This document shows positions 55,168 through 64,000 of a stretch of 64,000 bases of DNA, piece by piece; positions within the stretch are counted from its first letter, which is position 1; the number at the start of each line of letters is the position of its first letter. The notes beneath the pieces were generated by a model. The model was not told the DNA's origin, made no database searches, and saw only the letters and a list, made by a program, of their open reading frames with translations. The position numbers and the translations under genes were made by a program. The stretch is from Eledone cirrhosa (taxonomy: Eukaryota): the NCBI GenBank assembly GCA_964016885.1, contig OZ024742.1, positions 316,448,001-316,512,000 of the forward strand. Direction: 5' to 3'.

Positions 55168-55767
55168 CAAGATGTATGGTAGGTCGTATGTGAATCGCAA
55201 TGATCACGCCTGACCTACCAAATATGCGACGGTAGCTAGTTAAGCGTATAAGCAGAGCAGTAGCTAGTTAAGCGTATAAGCAGAGCAGAAATATTACTTT
55301 TTTAGGAACTTTATATTTTTATTTTATCTTTTATTTTTTTTTATTTTTATTTTTTAATTTTTTTTTTATTTTTTTTTTTTTATTTTTTTTATTTTTTTTT
55401 TTTTTTATTTTTGTAGTCTCTTAATCTCTTCTGGTTTGTTAGGTTTATTGGGGCTTATAAGCTTTATGCACTTATTGAGGGATTTTTTAAGGTGCTTCTA
55501 CGAGGTCCCAAGTCCTTTACTTTTAATGCGTAAAAAATAAATTATCTAATTTTTAACCTTCAATCCCTGACTCTTAGGCCCTTTTCAAATTCTCTTAACT
55601 CCCCATAACCCATCCCTTTTACAACTCCGACAACTAATATAAAAGAGCCCCCTTAGAATATAGACCCCAAATATACAAGCGGAGCTGCTGATGTATACCA
55701 CAATTTCAAACTGCTAATCTTGAGTGAAACGTTGATGTAAATAATGAACTTACAATCACATGTTATA

Positions 55768-55814
55768 TGCCTTGAAAAGTCCCACCATATGGTCGGACGA
55801 AACGACTATCGGCA
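55768..55814 (+). ncRNA. Hammerhead ribozyme, TTGAAAA (U3-A8) variant
   Basis: TGCC TTGAAAA GTCC caccatatggtc GGAC GAAA cgact ATC GGCA, then AATAAA and (TA)n. Confidence 0.7.
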
Positions 55815-55862
55815 ATAAACTTGTTATAATGTCATAATAGTTCCTTTGTTCTTTTTCATTAA

Positions 55863-55915
<53 letters not shown>

Positions 55916-56039
55916 ATATATATATATATAGAGAGAGAGAAATGGAGAGAGAGGTAGAACACTGGAAGGTAATATCCGTATTGGTAGAGCACTCAGTCCA
56001 TCGGACGAGTTTGGTAGAAGTAGTAACACAACAGTTAGT

Positions 56040-56186
<147 letters not shown>

Positions 56187-58349
56187 GGAAGAGTGCGGGA
56201 CACAAAGTCAGAGAGAAGTCCAATAAAGTGGGGTGTGATAGATAGATAGATAGATAGATAATTACTTCTGAATAGCCTAATTATCAGAAATAAATATTTA
56301 CTCTAGCTAAGCCATCTGACGTACCATTTTATTATTGATTCACAATCGGTAAATTTACATAAATGAATACAAATAATATATAGTTTACATATTGATGTAA
56401 ATAAACATAGCACATAAATAAGATGCTGATTATGGAAATTATCTATTATTTTCTGTAATATGCATAATTTGTGATTATTGATTTCTTTTGAAATAAGTTT
56501 ATAATATTGTTTTAAATGATGGAGATGTTGTCAATTGTAGCAACCCATCATTTTATTGCTATTTGATCGTTGGTGGTGAAGGGAAATAAAAATTGAAACC
56601 TGATCGCTTTTGAATTCCGACACAACACATAATCAAGTAGTAATTTAAGCTTCTTTACAATTTATGTTATTGTACATTGAAAGGTACACCTTTTGAGATA
56701 TTACTAAGTCTGTTAGGTAGTGGACTTAGGCATAGCTAAATGTTTAAAGAATTCATTTTTCTATCATGCCGTTCTGTCCTCTATTCTCTGCGGCCTCGTT
56801 GGTCTAGGTTGTGAGTGAAATTAGGCAGGCAAAATGTATTTGGAATGTATGTACCTCTGTCTCAAAAGTCCGCCTATTGCCACGTGCCTGTAGAATAAAT
56901 AATCAGTCGCGTACACGTTAATTCATGAGATAGATTTCTAGTTTGTAGACCTGAATTCTTATCGTCAAAACCGACAGGAGATCCATCATTACATAGTGAG
57001 GTGTATATGGTGACAGTAGGAGTAAGCATTTTTCAAGATATAGAAGTGTGTTTAAATAGTAGTGTATACAGAAACAGCATTGTTTAACTAATCATTTATA
57101 TGTTTTAAAGGTGACTATATTTAGCAAAATATTGATGATGAAACATGGAAAATATATTTATAATAGCACCCCACTTTATTCCTGCAAGAGAAATGCAATT
57201 GTTATGTCTGAAAAACATGAGAAGAACAACATCCAAGTAAACAGGTTGTTTGCGTTGATAAACAGCGTGAGATTAAATATCTTCGTATTTGTTAAGTGGA
57301 AAACGAAACCCAGCTTTTATCTCTTCAACCAGAAAAAAAAGTCAACAACAATTTTCTCAACATGGAATCTTTTTTCCCCTCACAAAAAATTAGTTATTAA
57401 TGTCAGATTTCTCTTCTCTCCGTTTACTATTTCATCGATATTGACAATTTGGTTTAGCAAAATCTCACATATGGAAAACATGGCTTCACTGGGTCTATTT
57501 CTAAGATCCCTCTCCTTCTTTTCACCTTTCATCCGGCTCCTCAGCACGTGGTCGTTCAACTAATAGAAATAGCAGCCAATTATACCGTGTATAACAATAT
57601 TAAAAACTAAAGAAGGTGGGTAAAATAAAACTTGATAGCTGAATCTCATTTGACCGACTATATATATATGAATAATTAGGACTAACCTGTGCCTAAAAAT
57701 CGACAACTTTCAAACCCACATGGTTTAAAATTCCTTCATATCCCATAAATAAACGGTCACTACCTAATCATTGAATATAGATTTCATTTTCTGCGAAAGT
57801 AGATGCCGTAGTTAGATCACAGAGTATTTCGGTAGGTAGGAATGAATATTAAAGTGACCAGTTTCATCTTTATTAAAACTTATCAAGGAACAGCCAAATC
57901 ACGTTCTAATCACGAAGCCTAATTTCACAGCGAGAATAAATACATATAAAAAGGTTCCTTATGCATATTTATTCATCACGCATGTTCTGTTCCCATTCTG
58001 TTAATTGCTGTCAACTTTATATTTTTATGTAAATGAATTGTATCATCCGTAGTTTTGCCTTTATTTTAATAAATATTTCCCCTCTACTATCATTCGGAAG
58101 ATTGACAAAGATTAGTCTTAAGAAAGACAGAACCAAGCTTTCGAAAATCCCCATCTTTAGACCATGGGTCGTAGACTTTACATTCTCAGCAAACCTAAAT
58201 ATCTATTGATATGTCGCACTGTACATACCTAATCATCTTCCATCCCAACAGGACTTGAGAGGTACACTACTTCACATCATCAAATTCATTTTAACATTCC
58301 TTTATCTTTGGGATCTCCTTCCACATGTTTCTACTTTATTTGACAGTAA

Positions 58350-58572
58350 GGGGCGGTGGATTGGCAGTACCGGTAGACAGTCGGACACCATGCTTTGTAG
58401 CATAGAGTTACGGCCCTTTATGATCTGAGTTCAAATCCCGCCGAGATTAACTTTGCCTTTCATCCCTACGGGGTCGAGAAAATAAAGTACCAGTCATGCA
58501 CTGGGTCAATTTAATCGACTTTCTGCATTCCCCCAAATTACTGGTCTTTTGCCTATATAAGAAACAATTATT
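58350..58572 (+). mobile_element. SINE family A, long variant
   Basis: Head, B box, core, gtcaatttaatcgac insert and tail, as at 16310. Confidence 0.85.
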
Positions 58573-58959
58573 GTAGAACGTAAAGTACCAGGCAAGACAT
58601 GAGCTTGTTTCAAGGTCATATATAAGGCTGGATCTCTCAACACATTGAAAATCTGGTGCGTATGAAACAGCTCCATTCATTTCCATATGGTTACGTTTAT
58701 CACAATGATGTATGTTTTGTATAATTTGTATAATAAGGTATTCGACGTTGAGTGTAACCTGAATAATTTTTACAATATTTATTCGACGTTAAGTGTAATC
58801 TGAATCTGCCAGACATTAAACAGGGGCGAAACTGGAAACATCTGGGAACCATTCTTCAAATTAGGCATGGAAAATACTTCCCAGTGGATAGCTACTACAA
58901 GGAATTTTAGGCACTTAAAATGTGTGAGTAATAACTTAAGTAGCATTTCTGTCATTTAG

Positions 58960-59562
58960 TATACATTGGCACATTGTCCTCAGGAATACGTGGGCGAAGA
59001 AGATATTGTCACCATATATTTTCATAATCACTCTGGAGTATGACATGAGGGAAGCCATTGTTAATGAACAGGATCTTCGCTTTTCATTGACACAAAGAAG
59101 TAACCGAAACCCACCAAATGTTTTATGTGATATAGATTTTGCTCTTTTAACAAATACCATTGATCAAGCTGAAGAACTTCTTCATAAAGTTAAATTCACT
59201 GCCAGGAAAATTGGTCTACACATAAATTAGGAAGATGGAAACCTTGTCGCACTGGATGTCGAAATACGAAATTGAGTTGGAGATATTCTATATTTGAGCA
59301 GTTAGGTGAGTTCATAAAAACAGGACATTGACATTAGAATTACCAAATTCTGGGCTGCAATGAACAAAATGTAGACGATATGGAGTCAGATCTACCAAGA
59401 AGTAACAAAATATAATTCTTCAGAACATCTGTTCAGTCAGTGTTGTTGTATGGACCCTGATACAAGTACCTAAATGGTGCATACAGTAAAACACTTAGGG
59501 TTGTACAAAACATAAACTGGCGTCAGCGTATTTCAAATGAAAGTTTATACGGAAACCTGTCC
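58960..59562 (+). pseudogene. Highly degenerate RTE-type RT fragment
   Basis: LSPYIFIITLEY..DFALLTNTIDQAEELLHKV..IGLHIN*; KFWAAMNKM..FFRTSVQSVLLYG; homologous to 8324-9214. Confidence 0.75.
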
Positions 59563-61037
59563 ACCAATCGCTGTTCGATAACTTCTAGCTGAAGTTATTT
59601 GTGATTTCAATTACTAAACTTACCCCACCTCTGGCTCTTTTAATTCTTTCATTCTGAGACTTTTAATATATCTACATCAATTATCCACAAGTATACGTTG
59701 CCAATACAATAATTCTCACAGGTTGTAGCTAGGTGCTATGTTACGCATTAAATATATGCGGACTTATTAACAAATATACTTCACATACTGTTCATATGGG
59801 ACAACTAAATTGCTAACTTAAAGATACTTTGCGATATACTTCACATACGATAAATTATCATAGTCCCCTACCCCCAATTCTTTAAGGGGGAAGTTGTGGC
59901 ACATGATATAATGTTGTGAACACTACCGTCTGGTACACCATAGTTACATTTACCTCATAGTATAAAATAATGTGACGATTTTATCTTTGAGGCATTACAC
60001 ATGATAATTAGACCGTTAATTATTTGCAAACATATTAGATTACAACATTGAACAGCTAATGTTTATTTATGTATATGTTTAAAAGCAAAAATTATTTGTC
60101 TATGACCAATGTTTATTTTCATTTTTGATCGGAAATTTCAGTAAAAGTCGGACGTGTTTTGTATATGAGATTATAATTTAGTATTTTAATAATTTAATGT
60201 TTTCACATATATAACTTTGTAATTAACATGCGAATGGTGTAACAGGCTAATTTGATCTGTTGCATTATCGTATACGTGCTTACAAGTGTATAATGTAATA
60301 TACTTAGGGATATGCACATTAGCACCTCGGCAATTAACGCGTCAACAGTTTTTGACATGCTTGATTACGAAAATGAATATTAATGCCTTGGATTTTCATT
60401 TTAAGTTTGAACATACATATTTGTATATAACTTCATGCGAAATAATCTATTTTATACCTAACCCTGTGACCTCGTAATCTTCCCAGAAACACAAATCTCT
60501 CATCCTCTGTTATTACCATCTATCTGCTACTTGACTTCTATGGAAAATAAAATGTTTACGTGGAATATCCATCTTTTGTCACACATCTTCCTCCAAAAAT
60601 TATTTACAGTTCGTTTGTATCGTCTTCCGAATTTCAACCACCAATAACTGTTCGATCTCCTCCAGCTGAAGTTAGTTTTGATTTCAATTACTAAAATTAC
60701 CCCCCCCCCCCCCCCCCTCCCTAGCTCTTTTAATTCTTTCATTCTGGCAATCTTAATATATCTACATCAATTATCCACACGTATACGTGGCCAATACAAT
60801 GATTCTCAAAGTTCGCAGCTAGGTGCTATGTTACGCATTAAATCTTTGAGGACTTATTAACAAATATACTTCATATACTGCCATATGACACCTAGATTGC
60901 TAACTGAAACAAACTTGCGATATCCCCCTATATTTCTCATACGACAGAAGATCATAGCCCTCTCCCATTCTTTAAGGAGGAAGTTGTGGCACATGATATA
61001 ATGTTGCGAAAATGAATGCAACAGTCTGGTACACTAT
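59561..61037. repeat. Diverged ~390-bp direct duplication (59561-59942 and 60638-61037)
   Basis: Colinear blocks such as ttaatatatctacatcaattatccaca, gctaggtgctatgttacgcattaaat, ggaagttgtggcacatgatataatgttg. Confidence 0.85.
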
Positions 61038-61109
61038 ATGAATACCTCCCTCTTCCTCAACTGGGTGTTGTTTATCACAAAAAAGAAAATGCCTTTTGTT
61101 TATGCCTCA

Positions 61110-61652
61110 TTCACTGTTCTTTTTTCTGACGCTAAACTCCACCAGTTGCAGACTGCCCATTAACATGTGATACCTCTCTCCACAAAGCTCGATCACCAGC
61201 AGCAGAGTTCAAAGAGTAAAGATCAAGTCCAGTCCATGAATTGACATTATCAAGCCATCGTTCTGGCTGCCGGCCTCTGCTTCTCTTACCAGCCAACCTT
61301 CCTTCCAGGCATAACCTACTCACACCACGAGTTGATCTTTTTATATGACCGTGTAGTTTGTGTACTCTTGACTTGACAATTGATGTAATTGGTCTAAGTT
61401 TGGTAATGTTGAGCAGCTCACTGATACAGATACGGTCGCTGAGCCGCTTGCCAGTCATAAGTCTCATGATGTGGTTCTGGAATGTAGAGAGTTTCTGAAG
61501 TGACCTTGTCGTCCAATTAACACAGTCAAGACCATATAACACAACTAGTAGGATGTAAGTATCAAAGATCTTAACCTTCAAATGGTAGGAAACTAGTTAT
61601 GATGTTAGTATTTCCTTGTTTTTGTTGAAAGCTGTCCAACCTAGAGCGATTC
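61110..61652 (-). pseudogene. RTE-clade LINE 3' fragment
   Basis: RIALGWTAF..KVKIFDTYILLVVLYGL..HGHIKR..LEGRLAGKRSRGRQPERWLD. Confidence 0.85.
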
Positions 61653-61821
61653 CTAAATCATAGTCAGAACCTTGAAATGCTTTAAAAGGAGGACCTCTAC
61701 AATCAAAGAATCCTCATATTGAAATCTCGGCCAACGCCTTAATGGTGTGTTGTCCGTTTTCTCTTTAATTCTAATCTGTGTATGCATACACACAGACCCG
61801 TGCACGCACAAACAAGCGCGT

Positions 61822-61920
<99 letters not shown>

Positions 61921-63415
61921 AGAATGTACACACCCAAAGCATACAACTCCTCCTCAACCCGCTGTAAAGCTCCTCATCACCTCAACATACACTGTACATA
62001 TTGCAGTCACTGAAAATGTAAATTGCTCGTGTTATATGAAGCCAATAAGACAGCTATTTTGAAGAATGTGACAGTGAAGACTTTTCTTCTTCCTTCATTT
62101 AATGTTCTTGAGTAACCTCAAGAGAACAAATTACTGAAAACTGCATAAAAACGTCAAAGCTTGATAAAGAGTTTCAGAAAACTTGGCAGATATTGTGGAA
62201 TTTTTTTGTGGGTGTGAGATTACTTAAAATAACTACATCAGGTAAATAATGATGTACAGAATCACACACGCAACAATTCTCAATTGAGTTTTGCTTCGTA
62301 GTTTGAGAACAAAAAATAGTGGCAAGTGATACTGAAAAAATCTGGTTTTTGCTTATAGACAAGATGTTAGCTATGGAGCTAAACCGCTGCTATTTACATA
62401 TAGAATAAATGCTCCGAAGTTTATTTTCAATAAAAAGAAAACAAAAAAAAAACAAACTGCAAAACAGCAAAACAGCTGAAAATATAACTGAAGTGAGCCA
62501 ATAGCGTGAAGTTAAATATACCAGTCATGATGTTTTAGGGTTATTAACAGAAATCCACACGGAAACTATTTCTGTGATTTGAATTTTTGTCTTATATTTA
62601 AAGAAACACAATAGAAGCCTACTGGCAATTGTTAGCGAATCTCAACGAAATCTGAAATCTATATGTAATATCTCTGTCACTGATGAAGTCACATAAGACT
62701 ATAACATATTTGTAGCTGTTAACACAGATAAGATTTCCTTCTATACATATGAATTAATTTGTTGAAATTGATTCTCTATTATCAACACCTTCTTCCAGCA
62801 CACAGACATCCATATATATATATATGATATAAGGGGTATCAGGGACGGAGATCAAAATTGATTTTTTATTGTCTCTGATCTCTTCTATTCTGTGCTGAAT
62901 GTTCGTATTAAGAGAAGAGGTGAGCTGTGAACTGATCACTATCTAGTTATCTTAAACTTGAGACTACCTAAAGCCAACGAAGCCCACAAAACTGACAGGT
63001 ACAGGTCGACCTACAGAATAAAGTGTGAAGCGTTGGTGGATAAGGAAGGCCCGGGTATGAAGATACTATTGTATTTAATTCAGAGGACTCTCTGAGCAAA
63101 CTAAGATCGTTGAAATGGAGTGGAGATTATCCAGCTCAGCAGTTACTGAGATATGAGGAATCGCAGCAAAGAGAGTAAAGGCGTCCAAATTTAAGACATC
63201 GGGTTAACCTGGAATCCGAATTTCAGATCAACAAATAAGTATTCTGGCAGACCATCCGCCGACTAGAAGTCCTCCACTAGGACGCTGAGGTCACAAGCTG
63301 AGGTCATAAGGCCGTCAGCCTTTCACTATTCAAATTGTTTAATTATTAAACATACCGTATATTTTAAGATATACAAAATTCACATGCATGTATACAGCTA
63401 TGCCGAAGCAATAAA

Positions 63416-64000
63416 TGAGGTGTGTCTAGAAAAGTTCCAGGACTGATGTCACAAAAGATTTATTTCAAACCTAATCTTCACACTAAGAGTTTTCTCCTTC
63501 AATGTAATCACCCTGGAGTATGTAACTGTAATTTTAGCACTCTGCAGCGATCAAACCTTTTTCTTCATAATTTTATATACATGTCCTCTGTTTCAGGTCG
63601 TTAAGCAGTGAGCACAGATCAACGAACAAACTTGAAAACTCCGTCAGAAGCACTGGGATTGCTGCAGCAAGTGTATGGAGATGAGACGATGTCACGCTCA
63701 CATGTTTTTGAGTGGTGCAAGAGGTTTAAAGAAGAATGCGAGGACGTGGAAGATGACCCCAGAAGCGGAAGGCCCTCAACAACCAGGACTGAGGTCAACG
63801 TTGAGCGCGTCGGGCAGATAGTGCGTAGCGATCGTCGGTTGACTGTTTGACTGATGGCAAATGAGCTGGGCTTGAATAGAGACAGCGTCTGGAAGATTCT
63901 CCCTGAAGATTTGGACATGCGGAAAGTCTGCGCGAAGATGGTGCCAAAACTGCTGAACGATGACCAGAAGGGTTGACGCATGCAAGTGTGCCAGGACATC
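63416..64000 (+). mobile_element. mariner DNA transposon 5' part, transposase pseudogene cut by the window edge
   Basis: QQVYGDETMSRSHVFEWCKRFKE..EDDPRSGRPST..DRRLTV*..DLDMRKVCAKMVPKLL; TIR-like tgaggtgtgtctagaaaagt at ~63416. Confidence 0.9.

Noticed and set aside
57111-57563. 150-aa plus-strand ORF and a possible minus-strand exon after an AG acceptor at ~57560
   Set aside because: No recognisable domain or paired splice site; host exon not supportable without RNA data
62677-62716. CTGATGA-AGTCacataaGACT-ATAAC..GTA
   Set aside because: GAAA is replaced by ATAA, stem I is absent and there is no microsatellite context; could be chance or a very old HHR

Overview
AT-rich eukaryotic repeat-dominated DNA with no recognisable host gene, rRNA, tRNA gene or CRISPR array. 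The SINE, LINE and microsatellite repertoire resembles an octopod cephalopod genome (inference). Coding remnants, all disrupted: a near full-length RTE-type LINE (-, ~8.2-11.5 kb), a full-length L1/Tx1-type LINE (+, ~26.9-32.9 kb), a 5'-truncated R4/Dong-type RLE LINE (-, ~33.0-35.35 kb), several RTE fragments, five Penelope-like element (PLE) remnants with GIY-YIG and/or RT sequence, a mariner transposase at the right edge, one MITE and about 15 tRNA-derived SINE copies. The main signal is non-coding. Reading both strands by eye gives about 30 type-I hammerhead ribozyme (HHR) motifs, about 25 of them in the first 25 kb. They lie in short elements in or beside (TA)n microsatellites, arranged as tandem monomers (~440 and ~510 nt, retrozyme-like), inverted pairs or fold-back palindromes. 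Many carry non-canonical cores that recur within a family (U4C, U4A, compensatory U3-A8), palindromic stem III or large structured stem II insertions, and stems covary between copies. All folds were assigned manually and activity is untested. Most short ORFs in the track are microsatellite or antisense artefacts.
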